Positions 40,401-49,918 are shown, counted from the stretch's first letter. The stretch is 64,000 nt of DNA from Kiritimatiellia bacterium (GCA_046483125.1 JAWODU010000085.1:1430-65429), one strand, 5' to 3'. Made by a program: numbers and translations. The notes: generated by a model not told the origin, from the letters alone.

Positions 40401-40969
40401 CGATCTGGCTCAACGGCAAACAGATCACGGCAAGCCGCATAACCGGGCCGGGTAACTTCAAAAAACAACCCGTAAGCCTGCGGGAAGGTCGAAACCGCCT
40501 CCTGGTGAAAACCGATCAGACCCTCGGGGGTAATTTTTTCCATCTGAAAATTACCGGAAGCAACGATGTCCCTCTCCCCGGAATTTCCTTTTCGACGGCC
40601 CGCGCCAAACCCCATTCACCCCGGGATCTCAGGCAGAAGACGCACCGTGCAGTTATCACAGAAGAAAACGTTACCGATAACGTGATAGAATTCACGACTG
40701 ATTCACCCGGCTCTCCGCATATAATAAAATGCACGTGGTACCCGAACTGGAAACTCCGGGGAGGAGGAGAGGTTTACATGGTAACACCGGATTTCATGCT
40801 GGTTTATCCCCGCACAAAGCATGTAAAACTCTACTTTGGACGCACGGCATCAAATGCCTTCGGTGGGGCGCTTTCGATCCTGGCTTTGGGCGCGGCAGTA
40901 ACCGGTGCCGTATTACGGAAAAGGAGAAAGACGTTAAGCAATGGGCCTGAGACTGCTGAAGTTTGTTGA
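37439..40969 (+). CDS. Large GT-C-type membrane glycosyltransferase ('6-pyruvoyl-tetrahydropterin synthase-related' family) with extra extracytoplasmic domains
   Basis: GGDTPAH...W...W.CGFP.FQYYFPL, about 12 TM helices, YLELFNVKHFI, PA14-like WLLLGPF...DDSLTIWLNG...GRNRLLVK, C-terminal WYPNW..TM. Confidence 0.75.
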   Translation: MKKRAIAPLLALILFAPFCSHASSISLNIAPSVEVGTQHARVTINIRNRGTSPAFGVHAKAALQGSDLTESACGTLKAGDEWSTSSRIEQLPSREGTYTIVITVRYRDSAGRPFSALAWIPLNIWEPSIEDPVKASLTSTDIAREGKITLALEHTGRKSSLPAAPLKAAVKLVLPDELECADAARSASVLPGSKTELKFHVRNASALEGSAYRVFAVVDSETGERHESVVTAAVLKIPERQLPFFLRKPFCLTLFLLFVLSSALMQVPSLRRKSLRVLPERAPRILKTAFPFLVFSVLFATLFFFIPPSYLLLDTMTTGGDTPAHNYIAGHLKTQLFQHGRILSWANGWWCGFPAFQYYFPLPYLLIALLSLIVPFNIAFKLVSVSGIFLLPAAAYFSGRIMRMPRPVPTVLAAFTLPFLFDSSHVMWGGNIHSTLAGMIANSVGFPLMLVFMARICRDSEDGVFRLRTALLLAALIASHFFTSLLAVICAAFLPFAYLRRRFVRTAVIVASECLLGALVMSWWLIPLIAKRGLAVDFGYNWDVSLVQHTFASFPGWMVITVFALALIPPAVLFFRRHFFPYTVLLLCMIIVSAFLFTAGYSLSRVFVNVRFWPFIMYSVLCLAAIGTGILLKRLKAPRLAAGAVLMVIIMLCSADSLNLRRFAEWNYEGLESKHGYPVFRELVFPLDGSPGRLANDLHPANESMGSSRAFECVPHLIDKPILEGGIVNSAFGSMFSYYIQGLTSENTAGFPNVVIPATFDFANAAKYLELFNVKHFIARGAAPRAYLARSNAWRPLRRFREWELYELTTHDGGYVFVPNKTPVAVLSDFGTRQWKENALAWMYVPAALDYPFVFIGRSRSNQLPSSIPVLTEAEYRYFLTTLMDNDGSIRTWLLLGPFDLVSETHDEEPPGRLHLDPGTVDPVCGKITSGRQWRRAPLRLPVRPDRFYRRNNGLIYFTNRTTYAFANIFSREHRDGILHYSGDDSLTIWLNGKQITASRITGPGNFKKQPVSLREGRNRLLVKTDQTLGGNFFHLKITGSNDVPLPGISFSTARAKPHSPRDLRQKTHRAVITEENVTDNVIEFTTDSPGSPHIIKCTWYPNWKLRGGGEVYMVTPDFMLVYPRTKHVKLYFGRTASNAFGGALSILALGAAVTGAVLRKRRKTLSNGPETAEVC

Positions 40970-42098
40970 CGCCACCCTGGGTGCCTTTTCGTGCCGGATA
41001 CTGTCCTTTTTCGGCTACCGGCTCGGGCGAGGTAATGACCCGTTTTCCCCGCCCCCTTCAGATCCCCGTCGAATACTGGTTATAAGGCCGGGCGGAATGG
41101 GCGATATGATTCTGTTCCTGCCGGTTCTGAAGGAACTCGCCGCCGCGTACCCGAAAGCCGCTATCGACGTGGTATGCGAGAAACGAAACGTAAATGTCCT
41201 GCGGCTCTCGGGCTTAAACTGCAGTGCCCTCACCTACGATGCCGATCCCGTTTCCTTCTTCGCCGCACTGCTGTCCCGACACTACGATTTCGCCATTGAC
41301 ACAGAACAGTTTCACAACATCTCCGCCGTCTTCGCATTCCTCAGCGGAGCGGCAGTGCGCATCGGCTTCAATATAAATCCGCGGAGAAACTCTCTTTACA
41401 CCCATCTGGTACCCTATGCTCCGGACGGGCCGGAAATTCTGCAATTCATGAAACTTACGCATCCGCTGGGGCTTTCCCCGCCGGAACCCGATATCGACGG
41501 CCTGCTCGCGGACGCTCCCATCGAGCCGTCCCCTCCGATCAGCGTACAAATTCAGTCTCTCGGAAGTTCCGGAGGTTACGCGACTATTCACACCGGCGCC
41601 AGTACTCGCTACAAGCGGTGGGGAACGGATAATTTTCTGGCCTTGATCGGCGCTCTACGCAAAGAACACGGATTTGACGTTGCCCTGGCTGGCGGCCGTC
41701 CGGACATGCGTCTGGACAAATCCATTGTCCGGACCCTTAAGGAGCGGGGAGAACGAGTTGTTTCGTTTTCCGGAGAGTGCGATTTGAAGGATACGGCCGC
41801 GATAATCAGGAACTCCAGGATTTTTATCAGCGGAGATTCCGGTCTCGCTCATCTGGCCGCGGCTCTCGGAACGCCTGCGGTCGCCGTATTCGGTCCGACC
41901 GATCATCGTAAATGGGGTATAGAAACAAAACAACACGCTGTTGTCAGAAAAAGCCTCCCCTGTTCTCCGTGTTTTATTTTCGGCTACCACAAGCCATGCC
42001 GTACCATAACCTGCATGAAGCAGATTTCCGTTGAACAGGTGCTTGAGGCGTGCAGGCGGGTTATACGGGAAACACACTCTGCTTACTCGGAAACCTGA
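40941..42098 (+). CDS. Glycosyltransferase family 9 (heptosyltransferase-like)
   Basis: ILVIRPGGMGDMIL, KRW...F, FISGDSGLAHLAAALGTPAVAVFGPT. Confidence 0.92.
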   Translation: MGLRLLKFVDATLGAFSCRILSFFGYRLGRGNDPFSPPPSDPRRILVIRPGGMGDMILFLPVLKELAAAYPKAAIDVVCEKRNVNVLRLSGLNCSALTYDADPVSFFAALLSRHYDFAIDTEQFHNISAVFAFLSGAAVRIGFNINPRRNSLYTHLVPYAPDGPEILQFMKLTHPLGLSPPEPDIDGLLADAPIEPSPPISVQIQSLGSSGGYATIHTGASTRYKRWGTDNFLALIGALRKEHGFDVALAGGRPDMRLDKSIVRTLKERGERVVSFSGECDLKDTAAIIRNSRIFISGDSGLAHLAAALGTPAVAVFGPTDHRKWGIETKQHAVVRKSLPCSPCFIFGYHKPCRTITCMKQISVEQVLEACRRVIRETHSAYSET

Positions 42099-42718
42099 AA
42101 TGGAAGCGTTCTCTCTTTCTCCCACGCAGAATCAATCTGTTCCGCCGCGGGATCATGATACTTCGTTCCTTCCAGCCATTTGAGGGACCTTGCCGCTTCA
42201 GCCAGTTTGCCGGCCTGCACGTAGAGGTCAACGAGTATAGCGTGATTTGAAGGCCGCCAGAAATCCCACTGGACAAACTCGTCCCAGTAACGCGCGGCAC
42301 GCTCAGGAGACTCGATTGCAAGGAGCCGCGCCTTCAGACTTCTCAGCTTTCTCTTATATGGATTGAGGTCCAGGCCCTCTTCGCACCAGAAACGGGCAAG
42401 CTCTATTCTATCCGCCAGCACGCTGCCGTCTGCTCCAGACCTCTCACGGTAAAGACGTTCAGCCGTGAAAGCGCAGAAATAGTAATTGTACGGATACAGC
42501 CGGTGCGCCGATCTGCACCTTCTGACAATACCCCGGACGTCCCTGACCCGTGTGCCGTACTTGGCGTTCAGGTACATGAACTGGGCGAGCGAAGACCTGC
42601 ACGCATGCGCGGCACCGGCCAGGCCGATAACCGAGAGCAGAACCCCCGCTGTCCATAAGTTGAATTTGTTTCTGCGATATAAAGGCTTCACGCGAAAATA
42701 CCTGGTACCGTTAGACAC
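42083..42718 (-). CDS. Hypothetical membrane-anchored helical (TPR-like) protein
   Basis: N-terminal TM followed by helical repeats (LYPYNY, LDLNPY). Co-oriented with wza. Confidence 0.65.
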   Translation of the reverse strand: MSNGTRYFRVKPLYRRNKFNLWTAGVLLSVIGLAGAAHACRSSLAQFMYLNAKYGTRVRDVRGIVRRCRSAHRLYPYNYYFCAFTAERLYRERSGADGSVLADRIELARFWCEEGLDLNPYKRKLRSLKARLLAIESPERAARYWDEFVQWDFWRPSNHAILVDLYVQAGKLAEAARSLKWLEGTKYHDPAAEQIDSAWEKERTLPFQVSE

Positions 42719-42786
42719 GGATTACGAGTAAGACCGGCGCAATCAGTGTAATCTGCGGTTTCACCATACTGTATCAACAGGTCGGG

Positions 42787-43428
42787 TTAAAAAGGCGTCT
42801 CGGGCACGAAAACTATATCGCCCGACCTGACAACCGGGTCGTCAATCACCCCGTCCTTTATCGCGCCGGTATCGAACGTCTCGGTCTTCCTGCCCTGAAT
42901 CTGTACTCTGGAGCGCCAGGCAAACTCCGTAAAGCCGCCCGCCTGGGCTATGGCTTTCATGAGCGTGGTTTGGCCTGTCAGTTCGTATTTACCGGGTTTC
43001 CTGATCTCGCCCGTTACAAAAAACACATCGGACTGCTTCAGAACACTGACGTTGACACTCGGATAAATCCCGCCCTCCACATAGCGCTGTTCGATAAATC
43101 TTGCGGCTTCCGAAGCCGCCATGCCGTTGACGGAAACTCTTCCTATAAGATGCAGGTTGATCTCGCCGTTCTGATCTACTACGGCCTGCTTGGATCTTGC
43201 CCCCTGCGGTGTTTCAATCTGCACAACCACCTTGTCGCCGAAACCCAGCGGACTCCATCTTTGCTCGGGCAGATCCACATCCGCGCTTGCCGGCCTCCAG
43301 CCCCCGAACCTCAAGTCAGACGGCCCGCCAGGCAGACAGCCCGCTCCCGCCAAAGACGCAATGACGGCCGCAATAGCTGTGCCGCGAACAAGCTTACCGA
43401 ACAAAATATGCGCGGCGCCTTTTTTCAT
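42787..43428 (-). CDS. Polysaccharide export lipoprotein (Wza/Poly_export + SLBB)
   Basis: Lipobox AGAGC, GD.V....VDQNGEINLHLIG.V, VTGEIRKPG, AIAQAGGFT, GDIVFVPE. Confidence 0.9.
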   Translation of the reverse strand: MKKGAAHILFGKLVRGTAIAAVIASLAGAGCLPGGPSDLRFGGWRPASADVDLPEQRWSPLGFGDKVVVQIETPQGARSKQAVVDQNGEINLHLIGRVSVNGMAASEAARFIEQRYVEGGIYPSVNVSVLKQSDVFFVTGEIRKPGKYELTGQTTLMKAIAQAGGFTEFAWRSRVQIQGRKTETFDTGAIKDGVIDDPVVRSGDIVFVPETPF

Positions 43429-45557
43429 CCCTTGCGCTCTGCCTTCCGTCTGCGTCTATCCGCTTTGCCGTACACGTGGTAAGTCTGCTGTTCGTAATAA
43501 TATGAATAGTCCTTCGAAATATTGATGTTATTCATTACTATGCCCACCAGGTTTCCGCCGACGCCTTCAATAGTCTTTCTGGCCCGTGTAGAAACGGACT
43601 TCGGATATTTCCTGTGCTGAATTACCATTAATATGCCGTCCATTTCTCTGCCGAGCAAAGAAGCGTCGCTTACGCCGACTATCGGCGGCGAATCGAACAG
43701 CACCATATCATACGCTTCCCTGAGCCTCTTGACCACTTCCTTCATGCGGATCGTGGCCATCAGGCCGTGCGTACCGCCGGAAAGACTGCCGGCGGGCAGA
43801 AAATACAGATTTGAAATTCCGGTGGATCTTACGGCGTCTTCCAGTTCTACTTCTCCCACGAGCACGTTTGCAAGCCCGTTTTCTCTTGATACTCCGAGAA
43901 GTTTGTGAAGCCTCGGGCGGTGAAGGTCCGAATCAACCATAAGCACGCGGTCTCCCAGTTCCGCGCAAACGCAGGAGAGATTAAACAGTGTAAGGGACTT
44001 GCCTTCACCCACACTCCCGCTGGTTACCGAAAGCGCCTTCTTTTCTTTCAGTTTCTTGGAGAATATTATGTTTGTCCGCAGAACCCTGTAGGCCTCCCCG
44101 TGGGTAGTACGGGAGTTTTCGTCCGTGAACGGCTTTACTTTCTGCGGTACCACGCCGAGGACGGGCACTCCCATGTACTGTTCGATTTCTTCTATTGTTT
44201 TGACGGAAGTATCCAGATACTCCACGAAGTAAGCCATGCCGATGCCGAGGGCCAGCCCCAGTATCACGCTTAAAGCGATATTGATTGCCTTGTTCGGCCG
44301 CACGTTCTCGTCCGGGCGCGGCACCCTGGCCGATTCAATTATTTCAATGTTCCGGGACGGAATTCCCAGGTCGATTCTCTCTTCCTCGTACCGCGCCAGA
44401 AGAGTGTCTCTTACGGCTTTCTGCCTGCGCAGTTCGTCCTGAGCTTCCTCGAATTTTCTGTAACCCTCGCTTTCCGCGAGTCTTAACTGTTGTTTCTTCT
44501 CTTCAAGTTCGCTGTCCAGTATGCTGAGTTTTTCCCTGGCCGCTTCGTACTCGGCTTTGATGCCGTTCTTAAGCCCGGAAATAGCTTCCGCGATCTTCTC
44601 GTTCAGCTCCTCCAGCTCCACAGTCTTGGTCAGTACTTCGGGGTGTTTGGGGCCGTAGTTCACGCGAAGCCGGGAAAGGTCAATTTCAACGTCTCTTTTT
44701 CTGGAAACCAGCGAAGCAAGCGCGCGGTCGTCCACAACGTACATAACCGCGTCGCGCAGTTCCTCGGGTTTCAGACCCGTAACGGTTTTGTGTTTCGATT
44801 CTTTGTCCGCCAGTTCCATCCTGACATTTGTCCTGATTGAATCGAGGTTGCGAATACTGGCGTTAAGATCCGTTACTTCCCCGCCCGCCCCTTTTCCCAA
44901 CACGGAAATTTTGTATTCTTTTCTGATTTCGTTCACCCATTCCTGGGCCTCCCTCACCCTTTTCTCCTGCTCGGCCAGACGAGTTTCCATGGCGTCAAGA
45001 GCCGACTGGATCTTACTGCGATGCCTTTCTTCTCTCTGGCCGCGAAAGGCTTCAGCTATGCTGTCGGCTATCCGCGCCGCGAGCTCCGGAGCGGCGCGAG
45101 AGTCCCCATCTATCTCTTTCAGGTACATCTGAACCTGTATCAGATTGGTGTCTCTGTATTGCTGAACCTCCATTCCGCCGGTCACTATGCCGCACGTGAT
45201 TTCAAAACTCCTGTTTCCTGCCGTTTCAAGATAACCGTAGCCTCTCCCGAGTTTCTCGGTAAGGCCGAGGTCGCGTACGACTGCTTCGACAATGTTTCGC
45301 GACTGAATGATTTCAAACTGCGTGCGCAGAAAGAGAGGATCGTATCGAACGTAGCGGCTGGGAAACACCTGCACTTCCTGCTCGGACTCCGGTTTGACCT
45401 GTATGAGGACCGACGATCTGTAAACCTTCGGCATCGTGTAGGTAATCACAATACCGGCCAGAACAACCAGCAGAAAGACGGCTATTATGACTTCCTTGCG
45501 CGTTCGTATCACGCGCCAGTAGTCAAGAAAGTGAAGGTTTTCCTGAGTTTCTGTCAT
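43425..45557 (-). CDS. Polysaccharide co-polymerase/BY-kinase (Wzc/GumC-like)
   Basis: Wzz-like N-terminus, coiled coil, EAYRVLRTN, Walker A GEGKS, VLMVDSDL, DSPP, C-terminal Tyr cluster DYSYYY. Confidence 0.93.
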   Translation of the reverse strand: MTETQENLHFLDYWRVIRTRKEVIIAVFLLVVLAGIVITYTMPKVYRSSVLIQVKPESEQEVQVFPSRYVRYDPLFLRTQFEIIQSRNIVEAVVRDLGLTEKLGRGYGYLETAGNRSFEITCGIVTGGMEVQQYRDTNLIQVQMYLKEIDGDSRAAPELAARIADSIAEAFRGQREERHRSKIQSALDAMETRLAEQEKRVREAQEWVNEIRKEYKISVLGKGAGGEVTDLNASIRNLDSIRTNVRMELADKESKHKTVTGLKPEELRDAVMYVVDDRALASLVSRKRDVEIDLSRLRVNYGPKHPEVLTKTVELEELNEKIAEAISGLKNGIKAEYEAAREKLSILDSELEEKKQQLRLAESEGYRKFEEAQDELRRQKAVRDTLLARYEEERIDLGIPSRNIEIIESARVPRPDENVRPNKAINIALSVILGLALGIGMAYFVEYLDTSVKTIEEIEQYMGVPVLGVVPQKVKPFTDENSRTTHGEAYRVLRTNIIFSKKLKEKKALSVTSGSVGEGKSLTLFNLSCVCAELGDRVLMVDSDLHRPRLHKLLGVSRENGLANVLVGEVELEDAVRSTGISNLYFLPAGSLSGGTHGLMATIRMKEVVKRLREAYDMVLFDSPPIVGVSDASLLGREMDGILMVIQHRKYPKSVSTRARKTIEGVGGNLVGIVMNNINISKDYSYYYEQQTYHVYGKADRRRRKAERKG

Positions 45558-45664
45558 CCAGGCACCGAAGGGTCAGAAAAAAAGTCCTCCGCAGAAAAGT
45601 AAGAGGGATCGGCCATGCTTTCAGCGGCTTTCCGGATGCCCTCGCGCCCCCTGATTCCTCAAGA

Positions 45665-46870
45665 CTAGAATTCGGTAGAGAAGGCCAATACGGTGTCGTT
45701 TCTTGTAAACGACACATCCACATCGGAATCTACGTCCTCCAGTCTCTGGGTCAGTTTCAGACTGTTTCTCCGGCTGAATCTGTACGCCGCCCGCACGCTT
45801 GCCGTGATTGTTTTCTCGTCACCGCTCTTGACTCCCTGGGAATAAGCCGAATCGGGCGCGGAAGCCGGGGCGTAATCTTCTTCGTATCTGCCGAGGCTGT
45901 ACTTGCCGGACGCACCGAAAGACAGACTGCGGCCGACTTTCCAGTCAACACCGACGCCCGCGGAAGCGTTTGCCTGCGAGGCAAACGGATACACGTCCGA
46001 ATCCCTCAGTTCGTATTTGCCGAAAGCGGAAATACTCGTTTTGCGTCCTGTTTCGGTTTCCAGGGAAAGGCTCACAAAGGGGGCGCCTTCCGTGCCGAGC
46101 GAGCTGTCCGCGTAGTTCAGCGCCGTCATTCCAGCCTGCACGCTTGCCAGCGAGTTCCTGCTCACGGCCCGGTCCAGACCGAGCGCTCCCATCAGAGAAA
46201 CAAAACCTCTTTCTATGCCCTGAGAACTGTCGTAATTGTAATCCCCCCCCCGAACCAGTGCCGTAAGTCTCACTTTACGGCGGGGATGGCCCCAGAGGGA
46301 CAGCCCGCCGCTCAAGCTGTCTTCATCGGACTCCAAAGCTCTCTCATCATCGTCGTAGCGCTTGATTCTGTGCGCGCCGTCAACTTTCATTGTCAGGCGA
46401 CGGCTTACCTTGTATATGGCGTCGAGTTGTGCGCGGTTCAGAACAAAACTGCTGTCACGTCTCAGGGTCGTCCCGCCTTCCTGAACCGAGGGATCATCCG
46501 TGTAGCTGAAGTGTTCGTCAAGTTTGAACTGCAGATTCTGGTTTACGGCCCGTGACAGCTTTACGCCTAAATCGTGAAAAAGCTGAGATTCGTTCTGAGT
46601 AGCGCTGGGATCCGTTCTGTAGCGGTATGCGGGCGCGTAAAAAATGTTCCCCGCAAAGGGACCTCCTCGCAGGGAAAAATCCGCCCTGGGTTCGACGTAA
46701 AAGTCCAGGTTGCTTTCTTCCCGGGTATCCGAATCGCGGTTGTCGGTAATATCAGCCCTGAGATCGACTTTGAATGACACCGGCCCCGACTGTTCGCCTC
46801 TGACTTCGTAAAACCCCGTAATCAGCAAAAAAGCCGGCACCAGCCTCAGTATTCGTGAAACTCCTGTCAT
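45665..46870 (-). CDS. Outer-membrane beta-barrel protein of polysaccharide export loci (EpsL/GumB-like)
   Basis: Signal peptide, amphipathic beta pattern, C-terminal Phe. First gene of the barrel-wzc-wza operon. Confidence 0.75.
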   Translation of the reverse strand: MTGVSRILRLVPAFLLITGFYEVRGEQSGPVSFKVDLRADITDNRDSDTREESNLDFYVEPRADFSLRGGPFAGNIFYAPAYRYRTDPSATQNESQLFHDLGVKLSRAVNQNLQFKLDEHFSYTDDPSVQEGGTTLRRDSSFVLNRAQLDAIYKVSRRLTMKVDGAHRIKRYDDDERALESDEDSLSGGLSLWGHPRRKVRLTALVRGGDYNYDSSQGIERGFVSLMGALGLDRAVSRNSLASVQAGMTALNYADSSLGTEGAPFVSLSLETETGRKTSISAFGKYELRDSDVYPFASQANASAGVGVDWKVGRSLSFGASGKYSLGRYEEDYAPASAPDSAYSQGVKSGDEKTITASVRAAYRFSRRNSLKLTQRLEDVDSDVDVSFTRNDTVLAFSTEF

Positions 46871-47003
46871 CAGTTTCCTCCTTTTAGCCCGCCGCTTTCT
46901 CCGTGCACCCGCGGGCGATTACAAGAACCGTCCAAAGTGCCGCGTATATTAACCTTGAAAAGCCGGACCCGTCAATACGAAAACTTCAGGTCCGAACAGC
47001 TTC

Positions 47004-47032
47004 TTGAATGTTAATACCCGCTTTGCTAAGTT
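47004..47032 (+). promoter_or_regulatory. Sigma70-type promoter of rnhC
   Basis: TTGAAT-N17-TAAGTT with a TG extension, ending 6 nt before the ATG (possibly a near-leaderless mRNA). Confidence 0.45.
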
Positions 47033-47038
47033 AAGGAT

Positions 47039-48046
47039 ATGGTTAAGCGTAATTCTTTCACTTATAAGCTGGATTCCCTACAGCAAGAGGTACTGAGCGG
47101 CATCCTGAGACAGGGCAACTACAGGCTTGCGGAAGTTCCTTACGCCAGTATTGCCGCCAAGACCGAGGACTGCGTCATAGCCCTGTACAAAAGCGGCAAA
47201 TGCGTCGCCCAGGGAAAAGGGGCGGAGGATTTCGTTACTTTCGTGCTCGAGCCTCTTGTTCTGAAACAGGCGGCCCTGGGGTATGAAGACGTTCTCGATC
47301 CGGATATTTCGCGTCCTCATCTGGGCGTGGATGAAAGCGGAAAAGGCGACTTTTTCGGTCCCATGGTCACTGCCGCGGCCTACGTGGACAAAACACTGGT
47401 GGATGCCATGCGTGAAATGAACGTCCGTGACAGTAAGTCCGTTTCCACCGACAAAAAGGCCATGGATATGGGGCGCGATATCCGCAAGCTTCTGGACAGG
47501 AGATTCAGCGTCGTGCGGATAGGACCGAGGTCGTATAACGCCCTGTACGCGAAAATGCGGAGCGTAAACGCCATGCTTGCCTGGGCCCATGCAAGGGCAA
47601 TTGAAAATCTCCTTGAAATTGTTCCTGAATGCCCGCGGGCCGTAGCCGATCAATTCGGCGTTAAATCCCAGGTCCGGAACGCGCTTATGAGGAAAGGCCG
47701 TGAAATCGAACTTGTCCAGAAGCACAGAGCCGAATCGGACATAGCCGTTGCGGCGGCGTCAATACTGGCAAGGGCGGAATTCGTACATTCACTGAAAAAA
47801 ATGGAAAAGGAATACGAACTCCCGTTTCCCAAAGGCGCCTCTTCCGCGGTGAAAGACAGCGCTTCAAAGTTGATAGAAAAAATGGGGGCGGAGATTCTTC
47901 TGGAAACGTCAAAGTGCCACTTTAAAACGACAGACGACGTTCTGCGGAGACAGGGTCTTTCAAGGCAGGATCTCCCCCCCGACGGCCAGGTAGTGAGCAA
48001 GGCGGCAAGAAACAGCGGTGATCCAGCCGGCAATGTTCAAGGCTGA
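47039..48046 (+). CDS. rnhC: Ribonuclease HIII
   Basis: N-terminal TBP-like domain (LYKSGKCVAQGKG), GVDESGKGDFFGP, VRDSK, ADQFG, VAAASILAR. Confidence 0.95.
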   Translation: MVKRNSFTYKLDSLQQEVLSGILRQGNYRLAEVPYASIAAKTEDCVIALYKSGKCVAQGKGAEDFVTFVLEPLVLKQAALGYEDVLDPDISRPHLGVDESGKGDFFGPMVTAAAYVDKTLVDAMREMNVRDSKSVSTDKKAMDMGRDIRKLLDRRFSVVRIGPRSYNALYAKMRSVNAMLAWAHARAIENLLEIVPECPRAVADQFGVKSQVRNALMRKGREIELVQKHRAESDIAVAAASILARAEFVHSLKKMEKEYELPFPKGASSAVKDSASKLIEKMGAEILLETSKCHFKTTDDVLRRQGLSRQDLPPDGQVVSKAARNSGDPAGNVQG

Positions 48047-48047
48047 T

Positions 48048-49139
48048 TCAGCCGCGAATGAATTTTCCGTCCCGCTGGAATTTTCGACCGTCCACTTTTA
48101 TGGACCCGCCCTTGCGAAGGTCTTTTATGAGATCCCAGTGGATAGCCGAAGAGTTGCGTCCCCCGGTCCCAGAAGGAGACTTGCCGAGCGCCAGATGCAC
48201 CGTTCCTCCGGTTTTCTCATCAAAAAGAATATTCCGTGTGCATTTGTTGATTGAATAATTCGTGCCTATCCCTATTTCTCCCAGACGTTGCGCGCCCCGA
48301 TCGGTTTTCAGCATTGTTTTCAGGAATTTTTCGTTCTTCTCAGCCGAAGCGTTTACCACCGCGCCCTTCCTGAAGGTCAGCCTGACACCCGCGATTTCCC
48401 GCCCGTACCGGCATGAAGGTAAATCAAATGTGATATGTCCTTCAGCCGATGATTCCAGCGGCGCGGCGAAAATTTCGCCGCTCGGCATGTTGTTATGACC
48501 GTCTGAATTCACAAACTTTCTGCCTTTAACCGACAGGTTTAAATCCGTGTCGGGGGCTTCAATTCTGATATTGCCGGCCCCGCGCAGTCCGGCAATCAGC
48601 CTTTCCTGTCTCTTTCCCAGCCGCCGCCACGCCCCTATGGGGTCCCGTCTGTCCGCAAATGCGGCCGCGAACACGAAATCTTCAAACTCTCTCAGACTCA
48701 TCTCCGCGTCCTGAGCGTAGGCGCGTGTGGGATAAAGGGTTAATACCCATGGCTTTTTTCGCAAAGTGTTCCAGACCGGTTTCATAAGACGGGCCATGCG
48801 CATCTGTTTGCGCGGAACAGTGCCGGACAGTGATTTCGTGTTGCCGCTGGACAGAATGTTTATTGTTGAATCCACTACGCGGGAGAAGGCGCGCTCGTAA
48901 GGAGAAAGAGTTTTCAGGTGATATTCCCGGGCCAGGGTATAGAATGAATCCATTACGGCGTCCGGTGTCATACGGATCACGGGAAATGCGCCGCACCGGA
49001 GCAGTTCTTCATATACCGCCACGATCAGGCTTTCGCTTTCGGTTCCGCCGCTTATACCGACGCACTGGCCGCGGGACGCTGAGACGCAGTATCTGACCAG
49101 TACACGCGCAAGATTCCTGATTCGGGGGTCAAAGGCCAT
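48048..49139 (-). CDS. M29 (AmpS/AmpT-like) aminopeptidase
   Basis: NMPSGEIF, LGEIGIG, LFDEK..GTVHLALG, SAIHWD. Start MAFDPRI overlaps the trpA stop. Confidence 0.88.
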   Translation of the reverse strand: MAFDPRIRNLARVLVRYCVSASRGQCVGISGGTESESLIVAVYEELLRCGAFPVIRMTPDAVMDSFYTLAREYHLKTLSPYERAFSRVVDSTINILSSGNTKSLSGTVPRKQMRMARLMKPVWNTLRKKPWVLTLYPTRAYAQDAEMSLREFEDFVFAAAFADRRDPIGAWRRLGKRQERLIAGLRGAGNIRIEAPDTDLNLSVKGRKFVNSDGHNNMPSGEIFAAPLESSAEGHITFDLPSCRYGREIAGVRLTFRKGAVVNASAEKNEKFLKTMLKTDRGAQRLGEIGIGTNYSINKCTRNILFDEKTGGTVHLALGKSPSGTGGRNSSAIHWDLIKDLRKGGSIKVDGRKFQRDGKFIRG

Positions 49140-49918
49140 TATCTCTTTCCCCGCAGTGACCGGCTCAAATCCGCCACAAGTGTTTTGAGTCTGTTTTCCC
49201 TCGCCGCCTCGACAAGAGCGCTTCCCACCACAACGGCGTCGGCCATCCGCGAAAGAGAACGTGCCTGCTCGGAATTCCTTACACCGAACCCAACGGCAAC
49301 CGGAAGGTCCGAACACCCGCGCAGTATCGCGATATGTTTGTCTATATCCGAAGCAGTACGTTCCCTCATGCCGGTTACTCCGGTCACCATAATATAGTAG
49401 ACGAAACCGCCCCCCTTCTCGAGCATCCGCCGCGCCCTCCCGCCGTCCGTAGTCGGCGCCGCAAGAGGGATAAGGTAAAGACCGTTTTGCCCCGCCAGTC
49501 CGCGTATCTCGGAGGATTCTTCAAAGGCAAGGTCCACAATGAGCAGGCCGTCGGCCCCTGCTTCCGCCGCATTTGAACAGAGAGACTCAAATCCATACCG
49601 GAAAAAAGGATTGCAGTAGCCGAAAAGCACAATCGGCTGATCAAAATCACGCCGCAGACGCTTGACCATCTCCAGCGCTTTGGACACGGTCATCCCGCCG
49701 GCCAGAGCTCTTTGCGACGCCTCCTGGATTGTCGGACCGTCCGCCGTGGCATCAGAGAAAGGAACTCCCAATTCCAGAATGTCCACCCCGTTCTCAAGGG
49801 CGGTACGAATGTTCTGCTCAGACGTTTTCTCATCGGGATCTCCGGCGGTGAGGTATCCCACAAATCCGGTCCTTTTTTCCCGTTTCAAATCCGCAAACTT
49901 TTTATCAATGCGATTCAT
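49139..49918 (-). CDS. trpA: Tryptophan synthase alpha chain
   Basis: YLTAGDP, LELGVPFSDATADGPTIQ, GVTG, VAVGFG, VVVGSA. Confidence 0.97.
   Translation of the reverse strand: MNRIDKKFADLKREKRTGFVGYLTAGDPDEKTSEQNIRTALENGVDILELGVPFSDATADGPTIQEASQRALAGGMTVSKALEMVKRLRRDFDQPIVLFGYCNPFFRYGFESLCSNAAEAGADGLLIVDLAFEESSEIRGLAGQNGLYLIPLAAPTTDGGRARRMLEKGGGFVYYIMVTGVTGMRERTASDIDKHIAILRGCSDLPVAVGFGVRNSEQARSLSRMADAVVVGSALVEAARENRLKTLVADLSRSLRGKR

Noticed and set aside
37439-40969. Pterin-biosynthesis role for the 'PTPS-related' protein
   Set aside because: The family label is historical. The multi-TM architecture and GT9 neighbour fit a GT-C glycosyltransferase, and no T-fold PTPS motifs are present.
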